A DNA stretch of 59,535 bases, filler included, from Sandaracinaceae bacterium (GCA_947483975.1; 4 parts of 4 records of this genome joined end to end with filler, not necessarily neighbours in it); one strand, 5' to 3'. Counted from the first letter of the whole stretch, positions 1 through 11,288 are shown. The notes: generated by a model not told the origin, from the sequence alone. Numbers and translations: made by a program.

Positions 1-1309
1 AGCGGGCCCGCAGGGGCCGGCGGCGGCGGCCGCCGCTCAGCCGCGCAGCGTGCGCATCGAGCAGGCGAAGCTCGACGTGCTGATGGGCGCGATCGGTGAG
101 CTGCTCGTCGCGAAGAACGCGCTGCCGGTGCTCGTCTCGCGGGTGCGCAGCTCCGACCGGCAGGTGAGCAAGGAGATCAACGAGACCGTCGCGCGCATCG
201 CGCACATCGCGGACGACCTGCAGAACGCGATGCGGCAGATCCGCATGATGCCGATTCGGGCCGCGTTCCAGCGCTTCCCGCGCATGATCCGCGACCTCGC
301 GCGCAGCGAGAGCAAGCAGGTGCAGCTGATCATCTCGGGCGACGACACCGAGCTCGACAAGACCGTGCTCGAGCAGATCGGCGACCCGCTCGTGCACTTG
401 GTGCGCAACGCCGTCGACCACGGGATCGAGCTCCCCGGGCAGCGCCTGGCCGTGGGCAAGCCCGAGCAGGGGACAGTGGCGCTCGAGGTCCTCAAGGAGG
501 GCAGCAACGTCATCATCCGCATCAGCGACGACGGCCGCGGCATGGACCCGAAGCGCCTCCGCGCCAAGGCGCTCGAGAAGGGGCTCTTCTCCGACGTCGA
601 GCTCGCGGCGATGTCGGACCAAGCCGCGCTCGAGCTGATCTTCTTGCCGGGTTTTTCGACGGCGGAGAAGGTCACCGACGTCTCCGGGCGCGGCGTCGGC
701 ATGGACGTCGTGCAGAGCAACATCCGTCAGCTGCACGGGACCATCGCGCTCTCGAGCGAGCTCGGGAAGGGCAGCGTGATGTCGATCAAGCTGCCGTCGA
801 GCCTGATGGTCTCGAAGGGCATGCTGATCGAGTGCGGGACCGAGCAGTACGTGCTCCCGATCGAGGGCGTGCGCGAGATGGTCAAGCTCCGGCGCGAGCA
901 GGTGCGGCACTTCCGCGGCATGGCGATGACGAGCATTCGCGGCGCGATCTGCCCGATCTTCTCGCTCGCGAGGCTGCTCGGGCTCGAGGCAGAGAGCGCC
1001 GACGGCACCCTGATGACGGCGGAGGAGTCGAACGCCGTGATCGTCTCGACGCGCAGCGGTGACCTCGCCGTGCTCGTCGATCGGCTCGTCGCGGAGATCG
1101 ACGTGATCGTCAAGCCGCTGAGCGCGGGGCTCGACAAACTGACCATGTTCCAAGGCGCGACGATCCTCGGCGACGGCAGCGTCGCGCTGATCCTCGACGT
1201 CGGCAGCCTCGACACGCTCGTCGGGCACGGTCAGCGCGCGCTGGCCGCCCGCGCCCTCGCCGCGGCGGACGAGGCCGCAAGAACGCAGCCCGTTGCGCGC
1301 GCGCGCTGA
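1..1309 (+). CDS. cheA: Chemotaxis histidine kinase CheA, 5'-truncated (dimerisation, HATPase and CheW-like P5 domains)
   Basis: Motifs KLDVLMGAIGELLV, DPLVHLVRNAVDHGIE, DDGRGMD, FLPGFSTAEKVTDVSGRGVGMDVV, GATILGDGSVALILDV; the Hpt domain lies upstream of the window. Confidence 0.95.
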   Translation, partial: AGPQGPAAAAAAQPRSVRIEQAKLDVLMGAIGELLVAKNALPVLVSRVRSSDRQVSKEINETVARIAHIADDLQNAMRQIRMMPIRAAFQRFPRMIRDLARSESKQVQLIISGDDTELDKTVLEQIGDPLVHLVRNAVDHGIELPGQRLAVGKPEQGTVALEVLKEGSNVIIRISDDGRGMDPKRLRAKALEKGLFSDVELAAMSDQAALELIFLPGFSTAEKVTDVSGRGVGMDVVQSNIRQLHGTIALSSELGKGSVMSIKLPSSLMVSKGMLIECGTEQYVLPIEGVREMVKLRREQVRHFRGMAMTSIRGAICPIFSLARLLGLEAESADGTLMTAEESNAVIVSTRSGDLAVLVDRLVAEIDVIVKPLSAGLDKLTMFQGATILGDGSVALILDVGSLDTLVGHGQRALAARALAAADEAARTQPVARAR

Positions 1310-1314
1310 GCGCG

Positions 1315-1743
1315 TCAGTCGTCGCCGACCTTGCCGCGCCCAGCCTTCGTGCGCGCGTCGTGCCGCTTGCCCTCGAGGCGGCGCTCCTTCGAGCCGCGGC
1401 TCGGCTTGGTCGGGCGGCGCGGCTTCGGGACGAAGAGCGCGCGTCGGATCAGCTCCGCGAGCTTCTCGCGCGCGTCGGCGAGGTTCTTCACCTGATCGCG
1501 CGTGCGCTGGCTCGTCAGCAGGACGCGCCCCTCCGCGTCGAGCTTGCCCGCCGCGATGGTGCGCAGCCGCGCCTTGACCTCGACGCCGAGCGCGCGCGTC
1601 CCCGGCAGATCGAAGCGAAGCTCAACCTTGGACGCGACCTTGTTGACGTTCTGCCCGCCCGGTCCGCCCGAGCGCACAGCCGTCCACGACAGGTCGCCAC
1701 CAGGCAGCGTGACGCGCGGATCGATGTAAAGCGGCGAGGTCAT
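1315..1743 (-). CDS. arfB: Alternative ribosome rescue factor ArfB (peptidyl-tRNA hydrolase)
   Basis: RSGGPGGQNVNKVASKVELRFD (GGQ motif) and basic tail PKPRRPTKPSRGSKERRLEGK; ATG at 1743. Confidence 0.93.
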   Translation of the reverse strand: MTSPLYIDPRVTLPGGDLSWTAVRSGGPGGQNVNKVASKVELRFDLPGTRALGVEVKARLRTIAAGKLDAEGRVLLTSQRTRDQVKNLADAREKLAELIRRALFVPKPRRPTKPSRGSKERRLEGKRHDARTKAGRGKVGDD

Positions 1744-1881
1744 GGTGCAGCGAGGGTGTGCGCAGCGCGCGCGCGGGGCAAATGGGGGCGGGGTGGGCGG
1801 GGCCCCAAGCCGAGATGCCCCTTCAGCGCGGGCGCGGGTGAGCGCAGCGTGGGCGCTCACGCCGACCAAGGGTGGCGATGA

Positions 1882-3009
1882 TCACTTGCGCGGTCGGTCG
1901 GCGAAGGACTTGACCGCCGCACCGAGCTCGGAGAGCGCCTCACCCACGCTCGCAATGATGCTCGCCGTCACGTGGAGCACGACAAACGAGACCATCATAG
2001 AGCCGCCGATGGTGACGAGCTTGCCGAAGGTGAACGTTCCGAGCGGCAGCACCTCTCGGACTTCCTGCTCGGAGGTCACGATGAATTGGAACATGAGCCC
2101 GATGACCACCGCGCTCGCGCCGAGAATATGGGCCTCGATCAGCGACCGGACTCCATAGACGACCCACCGAATCTGAGAGGCCGCTCGCAACGTCGCGCCG
2201 CGCATCTCGAGGAGTCGGTAGAAGCACACTTGAAAGGCCACGATGCCGCCGCCGAACAACGCCAGCAGGAGCATCCATGGCTGCTTGGGAGCGTCGTTTC
2301 TCGCCCGAACGACGGTCATGTTCTGGTCGTATTGAGCAAGCCATTGAGCCGCGAGCGGGCGAATTGCGGCGGCAGCGGCGGTACACGCCGTGATGTCGTT
2401 GGTGATTTGCTGTCGAGTGGCCGTGAGGAGAGCTTCACAGCCAGGGCGCGTGTCAGTGTTGTTTTCACAGGCGCATCCCCAGCTACACGTCGACAGCGCT
2501 TGGTTGGCGAGTAGCGCCCGGTTCGCCGGGAGCAGCATGGCACGCTGTGCTGCGACGTTCTGGCACTCTGGAACGAAAGACTCGGCCGCCGTAGCCCCAG
2601 CCGCCGGTGCGGTGGCTAAGTACCCTCGTGCAGTCTCGGCAGGGTTTCCGTTCGCGATTTCGGGCAACGGATAAGAGAGGGTCATCACATTGAGCGTCTG
2701 GCGCTGAAAGCGAGCCTCGCGGAACGAATCAAACACGCCATGAAAGCCGATCGGAGCCACGATGGCCGCGAATAGCGATACGGCGGAAAACGCTGCGAGA
2801 GCCAGCGGAACGAGCCCCCCCGCGTCTACGAAACGAAGCAGAAACCCCGTGGGCAGAGCGGCAAAGCCGAGGACCTGGAACAATTCATTCGCCTTCGGTG
2901 GAGGCGTCGGCGGTTGGGGCGGCGCTTGCGCGGGTTGTTCCACCTGCTGCCCAGGTACATTGTACGGGCCCGGCGACTGCGAACCGTCCGACTCGACTAC
3001 ATTCGACAT
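1882..3009 (-). CDS. Hypothetical multi-pass membrane protein with a Cys-containing extracytoplasmic loop
   Basis: ORF of about 375 aa with several hydrophobic segments; codon usage visibly more AT-rich than the flanks. Confidence 0.65.
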   Translation of the reverse strand: MSNVVESDGSQSPGPYNVPGQQVEQPAQAPPQPPTPPPKANELFQVLGFAALPTGFLLRFVDAGGLVPLALAAFSAVSLFAAIVAPIGFHGVFDSFREARFQRQTLNVMTLSYPLPEIANGNPAETARGYLATAPAAGATAAESFVPECQNVAAQRAMLLPANRALLANQALSTCSWGCACENNTDTRPGCEALLTATRQQITNDITACTAAAAAIRPLAAQWLAQYDQNMTVVRARNDAPKQPWMLLLALFGGGIVAFQVCFYRLLEMRGATLRAASQIRWVVYGVRSLIEAHILGASAVVIGLMFQFIVTSEQEVREVLPLGTFTFGKLVTIGGSMMVSFVVLHVTASIIASVGEALSELGAAVKSFADRPRK

Positions 3010-3331
3010 CAACGCACCCCCGCGCTCCGTTTAGGGTCCGGAGCAAATATGTGCCGACCCTTACGCAAATCCGTGAATCAGGCGCTGGCCGCGCCCCAGA
3101 GTCCGCATCACGCAGACTTCCTGTGCCCTCACTCCTAGTCTACGTTGTCCGGGAACACAAGAACATTCCCGTCCGCGCGACGGCGCGCGGCTCGGCGCGA
3201 CCCACGCTGCGCGTCATTCGCGCGGCCTGCAGCGCTCCGCCCGGAGGTCCTCGGCCAGGAAGATGACGTCGGCATTGCCGATGCGCGCTTGGAGCCCGTA
3301 GGCGCCGCGACCCGATGAAGCCGCGCTCGTG

Positions 3332-4564
3332 TTAAGGGCGAGTCGAGATCACCACGTCGTCGACCGTCGCGTTGACGGCGGACGCACCATACAGGTCGAG
3401 ACCCCAAGTGCCGTTGAGGGAGCCCACCATGGCCGTGCCGGAGGCCATCGTGAAGCCGTCGATTTGCACGTAATAGGAGCCCGCCGCCCGATCGATCACG
3501 ACAGACCACAAGTTCGTGGCGGGGCGCGCCGGAAGCGTCACGACAATGTGGCTATCAGTGATCCAGACACCGCCCACCAAGCGGTCGTAGTTGATGCTGC
3601 CACCGCCGAAGTCGACGGACACGCCCTCCTCCGGGGTACCGAGGCGACGGATCGCGAGAAGCGTCAACGAGGTAGTGGCCGCCAAACGGAAGTCGAAGCG
3701 AATGGCCGTGTCGGTCGACACACCGATGCTCGGAGTGCAGGGCTTGTTCCAGTCACCGGGATAACGGTAGCTGCCGCTGCTGACCGAGGGGCAACCAAGT
3801 CCTGCGCAGCCCCGGCACATCGTCCAGCCGTTGGCGATCCCGTCATCGAAGTTCTCGCTGAGCTGAACGACCCATCCGCTCGCGGGCGTCGCACACGTAC
3901 TCGAGCAACCATCTCCATTGAGGGTATTGCCGTCGTCGCAAGTCTCGCCCATGCCGACGATGCCATCGCCGCAGCGCACCGCGCACGCTCCCGCGAGACA
4001 ACTCTGCCCGGCCTCGCAGACGATCGTCGTGTAGCCGAGGCCATCGTGGTTGCAGGTCTGAGTCACGATCGTGGTGGCGCACGAGGTGACACCATCGTAG
4101 TCAGTGGGATCCGAATCGTCGCAGTCGCCGCCGACGGCGACGTAGCCCGATGGCGAGGCGCAAGCGGGCATCGTCATCAAGGGCGAGCCGTAGCCATCTC
4201 CGTCGTTGTCTAGGTAGTACGTGCGCAACGTGCAGGCGTCGGTGCCAGCGTCGAGGGGAGTCCCGGCGTCGACTCCAGCGTCGATGGGGCCGGCGTCGAC
4301 TCCGGCGTCGATCGGACCAGCGTCGACGGGCATCGCCGCGTCGGGTCCACCGTCCTCCGGTCCACCATCGTCGGACATCGTGGCGTCCATGCCCGCGTCA
4401 CCCGAGCCTGCGTCGCTCGGCATATTCGCGTCCTTGCCGCCGTCGCTCGGGCCGGAGTCCTGCGGGCCGCCATCGACGTCGGTGGGGCGTATCGAGATGG
4501 CCTCGAGGTCGAGGCTGCAACCCGTCATCAACACCGCGAGCAGGAGTGTGGTCGTCGCACGCAT
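3332..4564 (-). CDS. Secreted lipoprotein with DAG-rich linker, MopE-like putative metal-binding motif, Myxococcus Cys-rich repeat and beta-rich C-terminal domain
   Basis: Lipobox MTGC; YYLDNDGDGYG...GDCDDSDP; CGDGIVGMGETCDDGN; its ATG overlaps the stop of the upstream TPR gene (TGATG). Confidence 0.8.
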   Translation of the reverse strand: MRATTTLLLAVLMTGCSLDLEAISIRPTDVDGGPQDSGPSDGGKDANMPSDAGSGDAGMDATMSDDGGPEDGGPDAAMPVDAGPIDAGVDAGPIDAGVDAGTPLDAGTDACTLRTYYLDNDGDGYGSPLMTMPACASPSGYVAVGGDCDDSDPTDYDGVTSCATTIVTQTCNHDGLGYTTIVCEAGQSCLAGACAVRCGDGIVGMGETCDDGNTLNGDGCSSTCATPASGWVVQLSENFDDGIANGWTMCRGCAGLGCPSVSSGSYRYPGDWNKPCTPSIGVSTDTAIRFDFRLAATTSLTLLAIRRLGTPEEGVSVDFGGGSINYDRLVGGVWITDSHIVVTLPARPATNLWSVVIDRAAGSYYVQIDGFTMASGTAMVGSLNGTWGLDLYGASAVNATVDDVVISTRP

Positions 4565-5538
4565 CAGAAGCTCCCTCGTACGACGAGTCCGCCGAGGCCT
4601 ACGCCCGCAGCGACGCGCACATCCTCGGGGCCGTCGTCCCCGCCCTCCACGAAGAACAGCACCACGCCCGTCAGCGCCGCGGCGCCGCCCACCGCGAACA
4701 GGATGTTCGTCAGGGTCACGCGCATACCGAGGCTGGCGTCGTCCACCTCGGCCTGCGTACAGCCGCCCTTCGCGGCGCAGTCCGTGACGAGCTTGTCGTA
4801 GTCGGACTGCACGAGGACGCCGACGACCGCGCCTCCCACGCCCGCCGCGACGCCCGCGCCGAGCGCGAGCCAAGTGAAGAGGCGGCCGCCTCCGTGCTGC
4901 TCGTCCGCTGCTGGCGCGTCGGTATCGGTCGGGCCGCGGGTCGCGTCGAGGCGCGCAGGCTCGACGTTCGCGCTGGTCGCGACGGTCGGCGTCACCGCTG
5001 CGACCGTCGGCGTCGTCGCGGCGACGGGTCGAGTCACCGTGGTGGTCGCCGGCGTCACCGCTGCGGCGGTCGCGGTCACTGGCGTGGTCGTCGGCGTCGT
5101 CGCGACCGGAGGCGTGCTCACGGTCGCCCGCTGTGCGCGAGCGTCGAGGAGCGCGCGCAGGCGACTATCGACCTCCGCGCGGTTGAGGGCGTCGGGGGCG
5201 GACTCGCGCAGGTAGCGCTGGAAGGCCTCGACGGCCTCGTCGTCGCGGCGCAGTCGGTCCGCGGAGATACCCACGTTGTAGAGGAGCGCGGCGCGTCCGG
5301 AGAGCGCGTGCGCGCGCTTGAAGTAGTCGAGGGCGTCCGCGTAGTGACCGCCCCGGAAGGCTTGCTCGCCGGCTTGAAACAGCCCCCGCGCCTCGCCGTC
5401 GCGCGACGCGTCGGGGGCCGCCTGGGCGACGCTCCCGGTCTGCTGAGCGCACGCGCGTGAGGGGGGCGCGGCGGAGAGAAGGGCAAGCACCCAAAGGACG
5501 CCAAGCGCGCATGGGACCAAGGTTCGACGAAAACGCAT
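4564..5538 (-). CDS. Secreted TPR protein with Thr-rich linker and hydrophobic C-terminus
   Basis: Signal peptide; EARGLFQAGEQAF..YADALDYFKRAH..LLYNVG TPR pattern; ends GLVVRGSF. Confidence 0.8.
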   Translation of the reverse strand: MRFRRTLVPCALGVLWVLALLSAAPPSRACAQQTGSVAQAAPDASRDGEARGLFQAGEQAFRGGHYADALDYFKRAHALSGRAALLYNVGISADRLRRDDEAVEAFQRYLRESAPDALNRAEVDSRLRALLDARAQRATVSTPPVATTPTTTPVTATAAAVTPATTTVTRPVAATTPTVAAVTPTVATSANVEPARLDATRGPTDTDAPAADEQHGGGRLFTWLALGAGVAAGVGGAVVGVLVQSDYDKLVTDCAAKGGCTQAEVDDASLGMRVTLTNILFAVGGAAALTGVVLFFVEGGDDGPEDVRVAAGVGLGGLVVRGSF

Positions 5539-5702
5539 CGTGGGGCGGACGGTATCGTAGCTGTCCGAAATACTCCACCGTCGCAGGCAGCGTTTCGCAT
5601 TGGTGACGCGGCCTACAACCCGCGTCGCGCGCCTCGAGAGAGCGCGGCGAGTGAGTGAACCGACCCACACGCCGCACAGGCACATCCCAACTCGCTCCGT
5701 TC

Positions 5703-6044
5703 AACTCCGAGCACTTCGCGCCGAGTCCGTCGCTGTGCACGCCCGACTCGGAGCAAGTCGCCGCGCGTCGCGCCCCCGCGCGGACCACTCGGACCCTTCG
5801 CCGCCGATGGCGCACGCGCCCGCGCACCACTCCGAGTGACCGTCGGCGCCCCCCGAGGTGCTCCGGGACCGCTCGGAGTGAGGCTGGCGCCGTCGCGCGC
5901 CCGGGCAGTGCGGTCGGAGTGACTGCGCCTCGGCGCGAGCCTTTTGGGCATCGCTCGGAGCGGGTCGGGGCGGTTCTTTGGGCGGGCGAGATCGCTCGCG
6001 CTCAGCGACCGAAAGATCGCACGCAACTGAGGGAACTCCGAGCC
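5703..6044. repeat. Phased array of short palindromes, core CTC[CG]GAG (best copy CACTCCGAGTG), period 41-42 bp, non-repeated spacers
   Basis: Cores start at 5705, 5747, 5788, 5830, 5872, 5913, 5954, 5995 (degenerate) and 6036. Confidence 0.8.
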
Positions 6045-6052
6045 GACAAGGG
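6022..6052 (+). promoter_or_regulatory. Bipartite motif CGCAACTGA-N12-CCGACAAGGG, putative ECF-sigma-type promoter
   Basis: Same boxes and same spacing at 16402-16432, upstream of the paralogous gene. Confidence 0.65.
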
Positions 6053-6095
6053 AGGCGTAACGCGGGCTGGACAGGTTCTCTCACCAACAGGAGCA

Positions 6096-6968
6096 ATGAT
6101 CATGACGAACTCAGCAAGTAACGATGTGATGGCGAACGAGGCGCTGACGTACCGGAGCGCGCTCGATGGGATGCGGCAGAGCCTCAAGGAGATGCCGGAG
6201 CAGGAGGTCGAGCGGCGGGTCACCGTGGACGCGAGCGCCGCGGCGCTGATCGTCGGCGCGACGGTGACCAAGGTTGAGCCGTTCCGCGCGGAATTGATCG
6301 GCGCTTTCGGCGAGGCGGCTCGGCAGGTGCTCGACGCGCTGCCGGTGGTGGCGCTCGCGACGCGGCAGGCGGACATCGAGCTCGCGATGAGCGGGACGAT
6401 GAACGACCTCTCGGGGCTGTTCGAGGAGGTCCGCGCGACGCATCAGCTCCTGATCACCGACGCGGCCTCGCTCGCCAATCGGAAGCTCCTCGATCCGAAG
6501 CGCCTCGAGCCCGCGCGCAACGTGCAGGGCTACCTCGCGACGGTCGACAGCGTGGAGCGCTTGGTGTCGCTGCTCCGCGAGAGCTGGGCCACGCTCGGGG
6601 GACACACGCCGCTCGTCGAGGCCGACCTCGACCGCGCGGTCGTGCTCGCGAAGCGGCTCTCGGCGGCGGTCGCGGCGCGCGACAACGGCGTCGCGCGGGC
6701 CCCGGCGCTCGAGACGCGCCTGCGCGTGATCAGCCGGCTGCTCCGCCTCTACGACGAGCTGCGCCGGATGATGACGTACCTGCGCTGGCGGCAAGGCGAC
6801 GTGGACCTGTTCGCGCCGTCGCTCTGGGCGAGCCGCGGCCGCCGCTCGCGCGCGCAACGGGGCGGCGACCCGAACCTCGCTGACCCGACCGACGACCCGA
6901 CGCTCGACGCAGACGGCCCCGCGTCGCCCGCGGTCCCGACCAACGGCGGCGGGCCCTTCATCTCTTGA
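6096..6968 (+). CDS. Uncharacterised alpha-helical protein (paralog of 16460-17269)
   Basis: SD AGGAG before ATG 6096; C-terminal motif LYDELRRMMTYLRWRQGDVDLFAPSLW is shared with the paralog. Confidence 0.8.
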   Translation: MIMTNSASNDVMANEALTYRSALDGMRQSLKEMPEQEVERRVTVDASAAALIVGATVTKVEPFRAELIGAFGEAARQVLDALPVVALATRQADIELAMSGTMNDLSGLFEEVRATHQLLITDAASLANRKLLDPKRLEPARNVQGYLATVDSVERLVSLLRESWATLGGHTPLVEADLDRAVVLAKRLSAAVAARDNGVARAPALETRLRVISRLLRLYDELRRMMTYLRWRQGDVDLFAPSLWASRGRRSRAQRGGDPNLADPTDDPTLDADGPASPAVPTNGGGPFIS

Positions 6969-6996
6969 GGGCGGACTCACGCTGCCAGCCGCCGAC

Positions 6997-7081
6997 GCGC
7001 GCCGCTCAAACACCGCGCGTCGGCGGCAGCAGCGCGTCGGGCACTCCGAGCCTGCGCAGCGCGTCGCTGAGGTCGGCGGGG
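6997..7081. repeat. 85-bp direct repeat of 9109-9193 (3' end of the pseudouridine synthase gene)
   Basis: Alignment by eye: offset 2112 bp, 2 mismatches. Confidence 0.95.
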
Positions 7082-7095
7082 CGCCGTTGCGTGCA

Positions 7096-9006
<1,911 letters not shown>

Positions 9007-9108
9007 GCGCCGAGACTACTCGATGTGTGCGGCGAGAATGTTCGTGATCGAGGTCGCGCTCGAGGATTCGGAGAGGATGAGGGCCGTCGGCGGGAGGAGG
9101 CTCGCGCT

Positions 9109-9193
9109 GCGCGCCGCTCAAACACCGCGCGTCGGCGGCAGCAGCGCGTCGGGTACTCCGAGCCTGCGCAGCGCTTCGCTGAGGTCGGCGGGG
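9109..9193. repeat. Second copy of the 85-bp direct repeat (current 3' end of the pseudouridine synthase gene)
   Basis: Matches 6997-7081. Confidence 0.95.
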
Positions 9194-9825
9194 AGCGGCG
9201 CGGCGACGCTCATCGGCGCGCCCGTGCGCGGGTGTGGGAACACCAGCTGTGCCGCGTGGAGCGCGAGGCGAGTCAGGGCGTACTCGCTGCGGAATCTGCG
9301 GTTCGTCGCGCCGTCGCCGTAGTTGGTGTCGCCGACGATCGGGTGATGGAGGTGCTTGAGGTGCCGCCTGATCTGATGGAAGCGCCCCGTCTTCGGCTTC
9401 GCCTCGACGAGCGAGCAGTGCGGGCCCTCCCACAGGCGGCGCAGGTCCGTGACGGCGGCGACGCGCTCGCCGCCCTCGTCCTTCGGCACGGGGTAGTCGA
9501 CGACGAGGTGCTCGGGCGCGACGCCGCGGACGAGCGCGAGGTAGGTCTTCTCGACCTCGCCTTGCTCGAAGCTGCGCGAGAGCGCCGTCGCCATCTCGGG
9601 CGAGAGCGCGAGCAGCAGCGCGCCGCTCGTCGCGCGGTCGAGGCGATGCACGGTGTAGACGTGCCGGCCGAGGGTGTCGCGCGCGCGCACCATCGCGACG
9701 TCGCGCTCGCGCGTCATGCCGCCGCGGTGCACGAGCAGGCCCGACGGCTTGCACACGACGGCGAGGTCGTCGTCGGCGTAGAGCACCTCGATCGTCGGCC
9801 CGGCGCTGGGCTCAGTCGTCGTCAT
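9118..9825 (-). CDS. RluA/TruC-family pseudouridine synthase
   Basis: KPSGLLVH, VHRLDRATSG, KTGRFHQIRRH, HPIVGDTNYG, LALHA. Confidence 0.93.
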   Translation of the reverse strand: MTTTEPSAGPTIEVLYADDDLAVVCKPSGLLVHRGGMTRERDVAMVRARDTLGRHVYTVHRLDRATSGALLLALSPEMATALSRSFEQGEVEKTYLALVRGVAPEHLVVDYPVPKDEGGERVAAVTDLRRLWEGPHCSLVEAKPKTGRFHQIRRHLKHLHHPIVGDTNYGDGATNRRFRSEYALTRLALHAAQLVFPHPRTGAPMSVAAPLPADLSEALRRLGVPDALLPPTRGV

Positions 9826-10396
9826 CGCGCGGGACGTGCACGACGCCGAGGTCGGCGGACACGAGCGAGAAGAGCACCATATCGTGCCGCTCGCCCTTGA
9901 TCGCGCGCGCCGAGCGCAGCACTCCCTCGCGCACGAAGCCCGCGTTGAGCGCCACGCGCTGCGAGGCCTCGTTGTTCACGTCGGCGAACAGCTCGAGGCG
10001 CGCGAGCCCGAGCTCGAGCAGCGCCCACCGCGACAAGAGCCGCACCGCGCGCGTCGCCGTGCCGAGCCCGCGCATCTCGCGCACGACCCAGTAGCCGATC
10101 TCGCCCTTGTGGCTGCGCCAGTCGAGCTCGTGCAGGCCGCACGAGCCCGCGAGCAGGCGCGTCGCCGAGTCGATGATCGCCATCGGCATCGCGTTCCCCG
10201 TGATGCGCAGCAGATCGTGCGACTCGATCCACGCGCGCGCGTCGCGCTCCGTGTACGGCGTCGGCACGACCGTCCAGCGCGGGATCTCGGGGTCTTGGCA
10301 CGCGGCGACGACGGCGGGGATGTCGTCCTCGTCGAGGCCGCGGAGGGACACGACGCCATCGTCGAGGGCAGGGCTCGGGTGTTGGATCAGGTGCAC
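9812..10396 (-). CDS. GNAT N-acetyltransferase, RimJ/RimL family
   Basis: EIGYWV..RGLGTATRA, NEASQRVALNAGFVREGVLR. Confidence 0.9.
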   Translation of the reverse strand: MHLIQHPSPALDDGVVSLRGLDEDDIPAVVAACQDPEIPRWTVVPTPYTERDARAWIESHDLLRITGNAMPMAIIDSATRLLAGSCGLHELDWRSHKGEIGYWVVREMRGLGTATRAVRLLSRWALLELGLARLELFADVNNEASQRVALNAGFVREGVLRSARAIKGERHDMVLFSLVSADLGVVHVPRDDDD

Positions 10397-10496
10397 GCCC
10401 GGCTACGTTAGCGCGAGTGGCCGGGTCCGCTCGCCCCGTGTCATCATCGCGCTCTGACTGCGCGGCCCCCGCGCGCCCTGCTCCCGAGAAATACCC

Positions 10497-11207
10497 ATGA
10501 CTTCCCTTCGCGCCTCGCTCCTCGCGCTCTCCGCTCTTTCCCTGCTCGTCGCCGTCTCCGCTTGCGGCGGGGGCAGCACCACCCCGCCTGACGTCGACGC
10601 CGGGGGCGCGACCGATATGAGCGCGCCCGTCGACGGCAACGTGCCCGACGGCGCGCTGCCCGAGGACGCGGGCTCCGACGTCGACGCGAGCGCCCCCGAC
10701 GACGGCGGCTCGACCGATGGGCAGGTCTCGGGCGATATGTGCGTCTCGCCGCGCTGCCCGCCGATCCCGCCCGGCTGTCGCGTCGAAGCGCCGCTCGTCC
10801 CGTGCACCTGCGGCGAGATCAAGTGCGACGACGGCGGCGGCGTGCCGGGCACCGGCTGCGGCGGTCGCTTGGGCTCCTGCGCGGGCACGCTGTTCTGCGA
10901 CTTCACGGTCGCCTTCGACTGCGGCTTCGCCGACGGCACCGGCACCTGTCAGCCACGCCCGGACGTCTGCCCGAGCCTCTACTCGCCCGTCTGTGGCTGC
11001 GACGGCGTCACCTACTCGAACCTCTGCATGGCGAACGCCGGCGGCGTCGACGTGGCCGCTGACGGCGTCTGCGCGGGCCCGCCGCCGCCGCCCCCGCCCC
11101 CGAGCGACTGCCGCACGACGGGCTGCAGCGCGGGCAGCAGCTGTCAGCCGTGCCGCGGCATCGGCGGCGCGACCTACGTCTGCATCCCCGACGGCGCCGT
11201 CTGCTGA
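10497..11207 (+). CDS. Cys-rich lipoprotein with a Kazal-type domain
   Basis: Lipobox VSAC; CPSLYSPVCGCDGVTYSNLCMA. Confidence 0.85.
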   Translation: MTSLRASLLALSALSLLVAVSACGGGSTTPPDVDAGGATDMSAPVDGNVPDGALPEDAGSDVDASAPDDGGSTDGQVSGDMCVSPRCPPIPPGCRVEAPLVPCTCGEIKCDDGGGVPGTGCGGRLGSCAGTLFCDFTVAFDCGFADGTGTCQPRPDVCPSLYSPVCGCDGVTYSNLCMANAGGVDVAADGVCAGPPPPPPPPSDCRTTGCSAGSSCQPCRGIGGATYVCIPDGAVC

Positions 11208-11288
11208 AGCGCGAGCCCTGGCCCGCGAGCCCTGCTCCGCGAGCCTTGATTCGCTGAGTGAAACGGCGCCCACCGCGGCGCCGTTCGC

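Noticed and set aside
5703..6044. Phased array as a CRISPR array
   Set aside because: Conserved cores are only 7-11 bp and degenerate, and there are no cas genes in the window. Kept as a non-CRISPR array.
5655..6095. Long N-terminal extensions of the two paralogs (also 16046-16459)
   Set aside because: Arg/Pro-rich read-through of the array DNA. Homology between the paralogs and the SD sites begin near 6096 and 16460.
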